Positions 54,169 through 64,000 of a DNA stretch of 64,000 nt are shown here, one piece after another (the first letter of the stretch is position 1; each line of letters opens with the position of its first letter). The notes beneath the pieces were generated by a model, which saw nothing but the letters and a program-made list of their open reading frames with translations, did not search any database and was not told the origin of the DNA. The position numbers were made by a program, and so were the translations under genes. Origin of the DNA: Naegleria gruberi (lineage: Eukaryota); assembly GCA_000004985.1 (NCBI GenBank), contig GG738851.1; one strand, given 5' to 3'.

Positions 54169-55398
54169 ATGCAAGCACAACAACGAATCACAGTGTTGGT
54201 ATGTGAGGTCGGAGAGGATATCTACTCGAAACAAATTCCTCGAGTGGGATCATCACATTTTGATGGAAATTTCGGAATTAAAAGTAAAAAGATGATGAAT
54301 GTATTGGTAAATGCTAGAGTTGGGGAAATTAGAGAGGACATTGCTAATAATATGTTTAATTATTCGGATCATGATTCAGAAACAGCTATTGTTGAATATT
54401 TACTTGGTATGAGAGATCAACAGGATGGAAGTTTTATTTGGTTTGAGGATGATGAAATGATTTTAGATCAAGATTTAGTATCAAGCCTTTGTGGACGTCG
54501 TTTGATGATTAAAAAGAAAACAACAAACAAGACAATCAAATCCGATTTATTCAGATTTCCCAAGTATAGTACTGAAAATGTTTTGAAATTGCTGAATAGT
54601 GGAAATTTGGAAAAGTATTCTCCTGAGGAACAGTTGATTAGAACAGAATTGGCTGCTTGCTATCGTTTGTTTGATTTGTTTGGATGGACTGATACTGTCT
54701 ATGGACATTTAACTGCAAGAGTTTCAGATGGTGAAAAGACTCATTTTCTCATTAATCCTTTCGGTCTTCATTATAGTGAAATTACTGCATCAAGTTTGGT
54801 TAAGGTTGATATTGATGGTGAAATTGTTGACCCTGGCTCAACAGGAGATTTGTTTGGAATTAATAGAGCTGGATATGTTATTCATTCAGCTGTTCATGAA
54901 GCTAGAGAGGATGTTCTCTGTGTCATGCACATGCACTATGCTCCATGTGCAGCTCTTTCATGTATTGAGAAGGGTTTTGATAAGACTCTCTCTCAGACCA
55001 GTTCAATTATTGGAGATGTTGCCTATCACAAAACTGAAGGAATTGCAGTCAATGAAGAAGAACGAAAGAGATTGCAAAACGATCTTGGATCCATCAAGAA
55101 GATTCTCATTTTGGAAAATCATGGTGTTGTGACATGTGGAGAAAGTGTTGGAGAAGCATTCCTCTCCATGTTCATCTTGTCTGAATCATGTAAAATTCAA
55201 AGTGAGGCCATGTCCATGAAATCAGGTATGAATTCACACATTATTCCAGTTGAGGAATCCATTTCCAACAAATCCTTCGATATTGCTCACGGTTTTACAA
55301 AGGAGGGTTTTGGAAGAAAGGAACTCTGCTCCTATATGAGATATTTAGATTACTTGTACCTTAGTAATTCTTCACCAATTCCACATTATAGAACCTAA
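54169..55398 (+). CDS. Class II aldolase/adducin-domain protein with an N-terminal extension, 409 aa
   Basis: The ATG ORF core reads GWTDTVYGHLTARVSDGEKTHFLINPFGLHYSEITASSLVKVDIDGEIVD..GYVIHSAVHEAREDVLCVMHMHYAPCAALS, matching the Aldolase_II fold (compare MTRu-1-P dehydratase and the adducin head). Confidence 0.65.
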   Translation: MQAQQRITVLVCEVGEDIYSKQIPRVGSSHFDGNFGIKSKKMMNVLVNARVGEIREDIANNMFNYSDHDSETAIVEYLLGMRDQQDGSFIWFEDDEMILDQDLVSSLCGRRLMIKKKTTNKTIKSDLFRFPKYSTENVLKLLNSGNLEKYSPEEQLIRTELAACYRLFDLFGWTDTVYGHLTARVSDGEKTHFLINPFGLHYSEITASSLVKVDIDGEIVDPGSTGDLFGINRAGYVIHSAVHEAREDVLCVMHMHYAPCAALSCIEKGFDKTLSQTSSIIGDVAYHKTEGIAVNEEERKRLQNDLGSIKKILILENHGVVTCGESVGEAFLSMFILSESCKIQSEAMSMKSGMNSHIIPVEESISNKSFDIAHGFTKEGFGRKELCSYMRYLDYLYLSNSSPIPHYRT

Positions 55399-55801
55399 AG
55401 GCAAAGATTAATAACAATAACGTGTATCATTATATATCTGTTGCAATTGACACAGTTTTGGAATTTATTACAATTCATCAAATAAATATCTTTTAGGGTG
55501 AGCCTCAAACAATTTACAGTATCGATTCCAAATAGAGAGAAAATAGAGTCATGAAACTCCTTTCAAACGGATAACTCCGAAGATCCTAACAACAACATCT
55601 TTCAAAACTAACCTATTCAATATTCACATATCATCTCCAATGCTCAGCACTGTCAAAAACCCCAATTTCCTTCTTTACTTTTTGTTCCTAGTGTAAGATT
55701 TCTTGCTCAGTTCGATATTGGAAGATACTTTGCTGGTTGTGATGTGTTGTCTTGTTGGAAAAAAGTCGATTTTTAAATTTTTTTTTCAAAATATAAAAAA
55801 A

Positions 55802-57368
55802 ATGAAATCCTTCTTCATCCTTGATAAACTCGGCGAGATTATTATCGAAAGACATTTCCTGGGAAATGTGAGTAGAAGTGTTGCCGAAGAATTCTACACT
55901 GAAATTATGAAGGAACAACATAAAGGAGGAATTTCTAATGTTTCTCCAATTATTTCTACACAAAAGTATTATGTTGCTCACGTGTTCCGTCATTCACTTT
56001 ATTTTGTTGGTGTTGTTGATAGGGAATTTCAACCTCTGATGATTATTGAAATGCTTCATCGTATTGTTGATACTTTGGAAATTTATATTGAAAAGGTCAA
56101 TGAACAAAATATTAAGAATAACTTTGTTGTTGTTTATCAGGTAAGTAATCATGATGATGATCAATTGTTGTGATTTGACAAATAATACTTGATTCCTATC
56201 AAAAACTATGATAATACTACGTGTACAAAATTTTACCACACCATCACAAAAATCTTCCTTTTTAACACAAACTTGATTATCCTCCACAACAACAAAATCG
56301 TGTGTTTATAATTATCCACTACTCTAATGTTGAAATATCATCATTACGTACACCACAATCAATTATTATTACTGCTTTATATTGTACAACAACATTATTT
56401 AACATAATTAATCATAATAATAATAACAACAGCTTCTTGATGAAATGATTGATGGTGGCTTCCCAATCACAACAGAAATTGCCTTGTTGAAGGATCTTGT
56501 CCGACAACCAGCATCCATAGCTAAACAATTAACAGGTGATATTGGTAAAACCACTGTTGGTATTGTTGGTCATAACAAGTCCATTGTTCCTTGGCGTAAA
56601 GCTGGTATCAAGTACATGAATAATGAAGTGTACTTTGATATTGTAGAAACACTCAACGTGATCGTTGATGTAAATGGTGGTTCTGCTGTTTCTGAAGTTT
56701 TTGGTGTCATCAAATCTAGTTGTAAATTATCTGGAACACCTGATTTGTTGTTCAATTTTAATGATCCAAATATTATTGAAGATATTTCATTCCATCCTTG
56801 TGTTCGTTATGCTAGATACGAACAAGATAAATCCATTTCCTTCATTCCTCCTGATGGTGATTTTGAATTGCTTTCCTACCGTATGTCAAATTTACCAATG
56901 CTTCCTATTTATTGCCGACCTCAAATTACATTCTATAGAGGTGGGGCTAATGTTAATGTCATGTTAAATTTGAGACACACTCACAACAAGTCATTGGATA
57001 ATGTTAGAGTTATTATTCCAATTCCTACAATTGATAATCAACAATTAACTACTACTGTTGGTTCAATTTCATATGAATCTAGCATTAAATCATTGGTTTG
57101 GAATGTTGGAAAATTGAGTCCACAAACTCAACAATCAAAGAGTCCAACTCCTTCATTATCAGGTAAAATAACCTTCCCATTAATGTCTGGAAAATCAGAA
57201 CATGAAATTTTGGCCTGTCCTGCTGTTCAAGTACAATTTGAATTGGATGGTGTTTCCATGTCTGGTTTAAAGGTAGAAAGTGTACAATTGAGAAATGAAA
57301 ACTACAAACCATTTAAGGGTGTAAGATATGTAACAACCTCAGGTAGATACGAAGTGAGAACTGTTTAA
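55802..57368 (+). CDS. Adaptor-protein (AP) complex mu subunit, 2 exons (55802..56140, 56433..57368), 424 aa
   Basis: The N-terminal longin-like domain MKSFFILDKLGEIIIERHFLGNV..NNFVVVYQ ends at a GTAAGT donor (56141). The AG at 56431-32 continues LLDEMIDGGFPITTE..WRKAGIKYMNNEVYFDIVE..ISFIPPDGDFELLSYR.., which closely matches AP mu-homology domains. The intron is 292 nt. Confidence 0.8.
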
Positions 57369-57390
57369 TTTATAATAAATTTTGTAAAAA

Positions 57391-59064
57391 ATGTCATCAG
57401 CAAATCATCAAGAATTTGATAACACGAGACCAACCTATGTTCCAACAGATACTCAATCAATCTATGATCAAATTGTGGCAGATAATACATCACCCTACAC
57501 TGTCTATTTTAGACAATTATTCATGACTTATCCATTTCTATTATTCTTGTGTTTTTTAATTTATTATTGTGTTCATTCGAATAGTTTATTTGATGAAGTT
57601 CGTGTTTACTTTTCTTCCGATGCTTCGAAAAACATGTCATCAGAAACAGCAATGAATAATTCAAATAATGATGATTATGAAGATGATGATTATCTTGGAG
57701 AGGGAGAGGATTTACAAGACAATCATGATAATAACAACACATCCGAGAGAAAGAAATTCAACTTTCAATCACTTGTAAAATTATGTCCATCAATGACTGG
57801 TAATCTATTGACTGAGAACTCTGCAGATTTTCTCAAATTATTTAACAATGATCCAATCAAACAGCAAATGGTCAATCAAGCTAATAACACTCTTCACAAC
57901 AAACCTTGGTCTTTCAATACGATATTGTTTGGACCAAATTCGTTTGATCAGACTTGTCTGTATCGATATCCAATGTTTTTTGGATGGTCTGGTTATGCTC
58001 AATCAATAATCTCTCGGTTTATGAAGGGAAGTTTGTGGAATTTAATATTTAACAGATTGAATTCAAAGAATGTTGAAGGAAAATTCAAGAATTGGACAAG
58101 TAAACAGATTACAATTGATAGGGATGGAATGAAATACTACTTTACTGTATTGGAAAGAAAGAAAATGAATGAGAATAGAGAGAAGGAAATTTCCTTCTTT
58201 ATTGTTCCAGACATTGATGGAGCTTTTGGAACAAATACTCCATATATTGATAATTTTGTAAATTACGTTTGTGGAGAATCCAATCCTTTGAAATTGGCCG
58301 AACACACCAAGAGTTCATTCAAGAGATTAATCATTTACAATAGGGAGGGAAGAGATTCCACATTGAAAATTATCAATCCAAATGAATTCATCATGCTAGG
58401 AAATGCTTCAGGATTATCTGAATGTCTAGCTGATTTGAAGCAAAAATTGGATTTGAATGAAAAGTTATTTGGAGTTGGTTGGGGGTTTGGAGCCAATTTA
58501 CTATTGAAATCACTTTCATTGAACAAGGAATTAGTCAATCAATTATTTATTGGAGCTATTTCCGTATCAAATCCATTCGATATTCACAAATGTTTCAAGA
58601 ATTTCAATAATAATTTCATTTACAACCACTTACTTCATTCCATGAAAAAGATTGTCGAACTCAATTGGTCAACTTTCCAAGATTCCAAACTTGACCTGAA
58701 ATCCATACTAAACTCCACCACCATTTCACAATTTGACAATCAATTTACCATGAAATTATTGCCAAACACCAATCAAGATCTTGATGATTTCTACAAGGAA
58801 CAAAGTTCTTGCAAAATTCTCTCCAATGAAATCCAAATCCCAATTCTTGCAATTCATGCCAATGATGATCCCTTGTGTGCGCCATCGGTTTTCAACAACA
58901 CGGTCATGCCTGCCTGCCTGTACGGAGATAACATTCTCCTCATTAAGACACTTAAGGGAGGAAATAGAGCATTCTTCTCATCGGGCTACATGTTGTTCAG
59001 TGCTAATATTTCATTTGATGAGAGAATTATTTTTGATTTTATTGAAACTCTTCCAAAACTTTAA
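57391..59064 (+). CDS. Alpha/beta-hydrolase (ABHD1/ABHD3-like) protein with the nucleophile elbow GVGWGFG (Ser replaced by Gly), 557 aa
   Basis: ATG ORF with an N-terminal TM helix. The C-terminal half aligns to the ABHD3-type pattern LLGVGVSMGGMLLL as LFGVGWGFGANLLL, and to the Asp motif xxADDPxxP as HANDDPLCAP. Confidence 0.55.
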   Translation: MSSANHQEFDNTRPTYVPTDTQSIYDQIVADNTSPYTVYFRQLFMTYPFLLFLCFLIYYCVHSNSLFDEVRVYFSSDASKNMSSETAMNNSNNDDYEDDDYLGEGEDLQDNHDNNNTSERKKFNFQSLVKLCPSMTGNLLTENSADFLKLFNNDPIKQQMVNQANNTLHNKPWSFNTILFGPNSFDQTCLYRYPMFFGWSGYAQSIISRFMKGSLWNLIFNRLNSKNVEGKFKNWTSKQITIDRDGMKYYFTVLERKKMNENREKEISFFIVPDIDGAFGTNTPYIDNFVNYVCGESNPLKLAEHTKSSFKRLIIYNREGRDSTLKIINPNEFIMLGNASGLSECLADLKQKLDLNEKLFGVGWGFGANLLLKSLSLNKELVNQLFIGAISVSNPFDIHKCFKNFNNNFIYNHLLHSMKKIVELNWSTFQDSKLDLKSILNSTTISQFDNQFTMKLLPNTNQDLDDFYKEQSSCKILSNEIQIPILAIHANDDPLCAPSVFNNTVMPACLYGDNILLIKTLKGGNRAFFSSGYMLFSANISFDERIIFDFIETLPKL

Positions 59065-59156
59065 TTTTATATGATAATTTGAAAATTAATATTAAATAAT
59101 ATTAAATAATATGGAAATTAAATAGTGGATTACAATTTTAAATTTCAAAAAAAAAA

Positions 59157-59684
59157 ATGAAAGAATTCTCCATTTCATATATTGAACCAGAGGATTTAAA
59201 AACACGAATCCTTCAACAGGATACTTCTTTTGCCATCATTGATGTTCGTGATTATGATTACGGAAGTGGACATATCAAAACACCAACACCACAACAATAT
59301 CATCACATTCCGATTGATGAATTAATTCAGCCTGAAAGAGCAAGACAATTACTCTCTGATTTGTCCCTTTCCAACAACAATCAAAACAACCAAAACAATG
59401 CTAAAAGTATGGATTTAATTTTCCATTGTTTCTATTCTCAACAGAGAGGACCGTACGGTGCTCAAAAGATGTCTTCCCTATTGGAGGATTTATACAACAA
59501 TGAAGATGATGGTGGTGATCACCAACAGGAATGGAATTTGAATGGAGTGAATGTAAAGGTACTGAGAGGAGGTTGGGGATTGTGGAGAACAAGGTTTTAT
59601 CTGGAAAGAGACTCTTTGATTGTTCCTTTGGAAAGTGATAGTAGTAGCAGTAGTAGTGAAAGCGAACAAGATGATGACGAATAA
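59157..59684 (+). CDS. Rhodanese-fold Cdc25/Acr2-like phosphatase (CX5R active-site loop), 175 aa
   Basis: The ATG ORF has IIDVRDYDYGSGHIKTP and IFHCFYSQQRGPYGAQ, the Cdc25-type HCxxSxxRG(P) loop. The C-terminus is acidic and Ser-rich. Confidence 0.65.
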   Translation: MKEFSISYIEPEDLKTRILQQDTSFAIIDVRDYDYGSGHIKTPTPQQYHHIPIDELIQPERARQLLSDLSLSNNNQNNQNNAKSMDLIFHCFYSQQRGPYGAQKMSSLLEDLYNNEDDGGDHQQEWNLNGVNVKVLRGGWGLWRTRFYLERDSLIVPLESDSSSSSSESEQDDDE

Positions 59685-60031
59685 GTATCTCAATCGAATA
59701 TGATAATTATTAGATAATTATTAGATAATTATTTAGATTTTTCAATGTCAATAGATAATTTGGATGATATTTAATATACTTTAGAGAAAATAGAGAAAAT
59801 TCCAAAGATTTTCATTAACCCAACAAGAATCTTCCAAACATTCGGAGCTTCCGAAAGGTTTTGATAATTTGATTCTCAACAATTCTCTTCAAATAAAAAT
59901 GAATGATAATAACTATGAAGATGATACTGATATTCATACGATAGGTTGGTTTCCTTCTTCATGATCCTTTAATATTTAAACAATGTTAATTATTATAATA
60001 TTTAAAATTAAATAATATTTACAATTCAATA

Positions 60032-62827
60032 ATGATGATAATAATAGAGGGATCATCATGGAAATCAATATGGAAGGCCCGAATTAAATCCATCAAGAAG
60101 GGAAATATCATTCTTGGTTGTTCATTAATTGTAGCCTTCTTGATCATTGTTGTGGCTGCTCTCGTTGGTTCCTACTTTTTCATTGGTAGTCAAGAACCAA
60201 TCATTAATGATGGTGGTTCTAGCACTGATCCGAGAGGAAAGAATTGTCTCCCAATTCCTAATTTCAAATTTGACTTTGATGAGGATAGAAATTTTACAAT
60301 GAATCAGAATATTCAGGAAAGTGCATATGTCTTGTTGAAGAATGTGAATTTGATTTCATCTTCAAATGTTGATGGAAAGGGAAAGGTAAAGATTTCAAAT
60401 GTGGATATCTTGTTGGAGAAGGGAAAGATTTCAAAGATTGCTAATCATGGATCTGATGAATTGAAGGCATATGAAGGTGTGGATTTGAATGGAAGATTTG
60501 TTACTGCTGGTATTGTGGATATGCATTCACATTTGGGTGTCATGTCTGATCCTTTGGACACTCGTGGACATGATGATGTGAATGAAGTGAGTCAACCTCT
60601 AACTCAAATGGTTAGATCAGTTGATGCATTGAATCCAAAAGATATTGCCATTTCTGAAATTAGATTCCATGGAGGTGTTACATCATCTTTGATTTTGCCA
60701 GGTTCTGCAAATGTTATGGGAGGTGAAGGTGCTTTTGTTAAATTGAAAACAGCAGCTGGAACTGTCAGTAGCATGTTAATTAGAGATGCTCCAAGAACTC
60801 TCAAGATGGCATGTGGTGAAAATCCAAAACGTGTCTATGGTAGAAGTTTCAAAACAATGCCATACTCTAGAATGGGTTCTGCTTTTTTAATGAGAAAAAT
60901 CTTTTCAGATTCTAAGAAACTCATGTTAGATCAAGATAATTGGGATTGTAATGAATCTGTGAGAAAGACAACTCCATCAAGACCATACGATCTTACTTTG
61001 GATCCAGTTGTTGGCCTCTTGAGAGGTGTTAATATTACTTTAAATGTTCACTGTTATGAAGTTCAAGATTTGGAAATGATGATTAGATTGTCAAAGGAAT
61101 TCGGATTCAAAATATCAGCATTCCACCATGCTCTTGAAGCATACAAGATTGCTGACATTTTGGAAAGAAATAAGATTACTGTTGCCACTTTTGCTGATTT
61201 ATTTGGATTTAAGGTTGAGGCCTATGAAGCCAGTGTTCATGCTCCAAGTATTTTGAGAAATAAGAATGTCAGAGTGGCCCTTAAATCAGATCACCCAGTT
61301 ATTCACAGCAAGTATCTCTTGTTAAATGCTGCAAAGAGTCACTTCTATGGATTGGATGAACAATCAGCTCTCAATTCTGTCACTTCTGTTCCAGCTGAAG
61401 CTATGGGATTAGGTAATAGATTGGGAAAGGTTGAGGTCAATTATGATGCTGATATTGTTGTTTGGGATCGTTTTCCACTCATGCTAGGTGCAAGACCACA
61501 CCAAGTATTTATTGATGGTAACAAGGTTGACGATCGTAATTTGCCAATTCACAGTACATTGGATCATGTTCCAAAATCAACCCAAACCATGAAGATTACT
61601 ATTAGAAAGGACGATAAGGATCAATCAACCACTGAAACTGAATTCTGTAGCTATGATCCAGAAACCTTTGGCAAGACACATACAGGAGGTTACACAATCA
61701 AGGGAGCCAAGATTTACACTATGCACAAGGAAAAGCCAATTATTGATGAAGGTAATGTCGTTGTTTCTGCCTCTGGACTTATTTCCTGTGTTGGAACTCA
61801 AGATGAATGCCCAATTCCAGAAACTGACGGACACGTCACCTATGAAATCGAGGACGGTATTGTTGTACCTGGACTCATTGAGTCAAGTACTTCACTAGGT
61901 CTCTATGAAATTGAAGCTGAACCAATTACTGAAGATGGAGATAATTACGGAATGAATACTGAGAGTATTTTCGGAATTCAAAGTAGATTTGGAGTTAGAA
62001 TGAGATCGAGAAATCTCAGAGCTGCTTGGAAGGCAGGTGTAACAACTTCAATTACTCATCGTCAAGGAAGATTATTGATTAATGGTCTCTCTAGTGTATT
62101 CACTTTGGAAGGATTAATTGTCAGTGATAGCTTAATCTCAAACTCTTCTGCACTCTATGTTACTATTGGTGCCAACTCAAAGGAGGGTGGAATTTCTGAT
62201 TCAATTTCTGCTCAAATCAATTATTTGAGAGAAGTTTTCCAAAGCTCAAAGGACATGGCCATCAAGAGAGTTTTGAATAGAGAAATCCCAGTCTCTGTAT
62301 TTGCCAATCAAGCTGATGATATTGGACAATTAATTGAGTTAAAGAATACCTTCGGATTTGATATGGTAATTATTGGTGGAGCTGAAGCTCACTTGATTGC
62401 TGATAAATTAGTTCAAAATAACATTCCTGTTATTTTAACACCACTCGCTGAAGATTTAAGTGACAAGCTCAATTGGGAAACCAAGAGAAGTAAGAATAAT
62501 TTTGGAGCTTCTGATTTATTCACTGCAGGAGTCAACTTAGGAATTGGTATGGGAACTTCAGCACACGATGTCAGAAATTTGAGATTTATTGCTGGTCTAG
62601 TTTCCACTGAAGGAGAAAAAGAATCCTCCATTCAATTCATGGATGCTCTCTCCTCAGTTACCAGTACAATTTCAGATATTTTCAAATTGGGTCAAGGTGT
62701 TGGTTACATTACCAAAAACTATCCAGCCAATTTGGTTTTATTCGATGGCAATCCACTCAATTTCTCTGGAAAACCAAAACTTGTTGCTGTGAAGAATACC
62801 GTTGATTGTAGTATTGTTCAATTTTAA
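60032..62827 (+). CDS. Membrane-anchored metal-dependent amidohydrolase-family protein, 931 aa
   Basis: The ATG ORF has an N-terminal TM helix (IILGCSLIVAFLIIVVAALVGSYFFIG). The amidohydrolase motif FVTAGIVDMHSHLG appears early, and a second amidohydrolase-like half follows (PGLIESSTSLGLYEIE..). Confidence 0.6.
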   Translation: MMIIIEGSSWKSIWKARIKSIKKGNIILGCSLIVAFLIIVVAALVGSYFFIGSQEPIINDGGSSTDPRGKNCLPIPNFKFDFDEDRNFTMNQNIQESAYVLLKNVNLISSSNVDGKGKVKISNVDILLEKGKISKIANHGSDELKAYEGVDLNGRFVTAGIVDMHSHLGVMSDPLDTRGHDDVNEVSQPLTQMVRSVDALNPKDIAISEIRFHGGVTSSLILPGSANVMGGEGAFVKLKTAAGTVSSMLIRDAPRTLKMACGENPKRVYGRSFKTMPYSRMGSAFLMRKIFSDSKKLMLDQDNWDCNESVRKTTPSRPYDLTLDPVVGLLRGVNITLNVHCYEVQDLEMMIRLSKEFGFKISAFHHALEAYKIADILERNKITVATFADLFGFKVEAYEASVHAPSILRNKNVRVALKSDHPVIHSKYLLLNAAKSHFYGLDEQSALNSVTSVPAEAMGLGNRLGKVEVNYDADIVVWDRFPLMLGARPHQVFIDGNKVDDRNLPIHSTLDHVPKSTQTMKITIRKDDKDQSTTETEFCSYDPETFGKTHTGGYTIKGAKIYTMHKEKPIIDEGNVVVSASGLISCVGTQDECPIPETDGHVTYEIEDGIVVPGLIESSTSLGLYEIEAEPITEDGDNYGMNTESIFGIQSRFGVRMRSRNLRAAWKAGVTTSITHRQGRLLINGLSSVFTLEGLIVSDSLISNSSALYVTIGANSKEGGISDSISAQINYLREVFQSSKDMAIKRVLNREIPVSVFANQADDIGQLIELKNTFGFDMVIIGGAEAHLIADKLVQNNIPVILTPLAEDLSDKLNWETKRSKNNFGASDLFTAGVNLGIGMGTSAHDVRNLRFIAGLVSTEGEKESSIQFMDALSSVTSTISDIFKLGQGVGYITKNYPANLVLFDGNPLNFSGKPKLVAVKNTVDCSIVQF

Positions 62828-63173
62828 ATTTTAACAAAACTTTAAATTAATTTATTATTATCCTTATTATGATATGAGCTTTTTTTATCCTTTTTAAGAA
62901 AGTCAATACAATCGCTCATGAAATTATACAAGCCTGGGATTCTAACAAGAGCTGTAATTTCAGATGAAGGAGACATCCGAATTAATTGACAACGAATTTT
63001 GTAAAATATTCCAACAACAATTCCAATAAAAATTCTCAAATTTATAACTGTAGTCGATAATAACCATCATTATCGAATTAAAAAAACTTTCTATTCAAAT
63101 ATTTCAAAAATTATTTCAAAAATTAAATCGTTTGACACAATTGCCAACACATCTTTCAATAAAATTACAAAAA

Positions 63174-64000
63174 TTACTGATTCAAAGCGACATTATTAAT
63201 TTCATCGCTATTGGTGGATTTGGCGAGGTCTGAAGTTGAAATTCCTTCTGGTTCAGGTTTTGGATTCTTCATCTTCTTTTCAGCTCGTTTAGCAAGAACA
63301 GTTGGAGATGTTTCCTGTAAAAGGAAAATGTATAAAAATAATCCAATTAATGAAATACCAGCAAATATAAACCAAGGAACAGCTTGATTAGTCAAAGTGA
63401 CGACTGGAATAAAGAAGAGTGAAAGAACAATTGTAGTTGACCACATAATCAATGTTGCCATTGAAGTTCCAATAACAATGACCTTCTCATTCTCTCCATT
63501 GAAAACTTCATGAGCCAGAATGTAACCGAGAGAACCAATACCACAATGGAAACCAATCAGATACAAACAAATGAAAAGAATGCAGAGAATGATTTTGTAA
63601 TCACTTCCATCTTGTCCAAATTGGAAGATGAAACCACAAGCCAAATCCATAATTAAACTCAAAGTGAACTATTTCAATTTTTCAATAAGAAATTCGATTA
63701 GTTTAGAATATAGATGTTTCAATTTTCAAACTTACTCCAAAAATGATAATTGGCTTTCTTCCCAAACGGTCAATTAAGAAAATTGTTGGGAAAATGCAAA
63801 AGATTTGCCAAACTGCAATACCAAATGAAGCAAGCTGTTGATTCAATGGATCAGAAACACCAGCAGATTCAATCAAACTTGGTAAAAACATGGTTGCACT
63901 CTGAATACCAGTCCATTCCAATGCAAAACATCCGAAACAAGCCAAGATGGTTCCTCGAATGGCCTTTGAGCAGAATAAACGTTTGAATGCAGCAAGAGTG
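63174..64000 (-). CDS. MFS sugar-transporter-like protein, 3' portion only (the gene runs past the window end); exons 63174..63668 and 63736..at least 64000
   Basis: Two minus-strand ORFs are joined by a 67-nt GTAAGT..AAATAG intron (63669..63735). The sequence reads ..FLIDRLGRKPIIIFG|FTLSLIMDLACGF..GIGSLGYILAHEVF..TSMATLIMWSTTIV.., which looks like a sugar porter C-terminal half. The 5' end is not in the window. Confidence 0.6.

Noticed and set aside
55994-56287. 97-aa minus-strand ORF
   Set aside because: It falls inside the 292-nt AT-rich intron of the AP mu gene and is N/I/K-rich low-complexity sequence. It is an artefact of AT-rich DNA.
1-64000. Prokaryotic operon or defence-island interpretation
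   Set aside because: Canonical GT..AG spliceosomal introns restore reading frames in at least ten genes. Eukaryote-type cloverleaf tRNAs with Pol III B-boxes are dispersed across the window, and the protein families present (RGS, AP mu, P450 with ER anchor, F-box, BTB) are eukaryotic. No Shine-Dalgarno or operon organisation is present.

Overview
This 64-kb window is eukaryotic nuclear DNA, not prokaryotic. It is AT-rich and gene-dense, with short AT-rich GT..AG introns of roughly 40-300 nt, poly-Q/N tracts, dispersed tRNA genes and a partial tRNA 3'-fragment downstream of tRNA-Pro (reminiscent of the extra-B-box arrangement I recall from Dictyostelium tRNA genes). By inference it most resembles a dictyostelid social amoeba (Amoebozoa); the exact species is not determinable from sequence alone. 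The supplied ORF track evidently allows TTG/GTG/CTG starts, so I re-anchored several starts on ATG and rebuilt multi-exon models by hand from GTAAGT-type donors, AG acceptors and reading-frame continuity. Hand-derived intron boundaries carry about +/-1-2 nt uncertainty.

I annotate about 38 protein-coding genes, 2 pseudogene remnants, 8 tRNA genes and 2 tRNA fragments.
- A cluster of F-box-like/LRR paralogs (1-10 kb) with tRNAs between them, plus a decayed LRR copy on the opposite strand and an H3/CenH3-like remnant.
- An armadillo-like gene and an FAD monooxygenase with a reading-frame break.
- Two RGS-domain membrane proteins, one a 7TM-RGS fusion, flanking a 3.3-kb gene-poor stretch.
- An Arf-like GTPase whose switch-II Gln is replaced by Lys.
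- An F-box-like protein fused to a degenerate Ras-like GTPase.
- A 6-exon cytochrome P450.
- Two paralogous 5-exon S8 subtilisins.
- A 5-exon NHL-repeat/EGF-like type I membrane protein whose introns sit at the same site in successive repeats.
- A 5-exon tandem-BTB gene.
- An AP-complex mu subunit, an ABHD-like hydrolase whose nucleophile Ser is replaced by Gly, a Cdc25-like rhodanese, an amidohydrolase, and a 5'-truncated MFS sugar transporter at the window edge.
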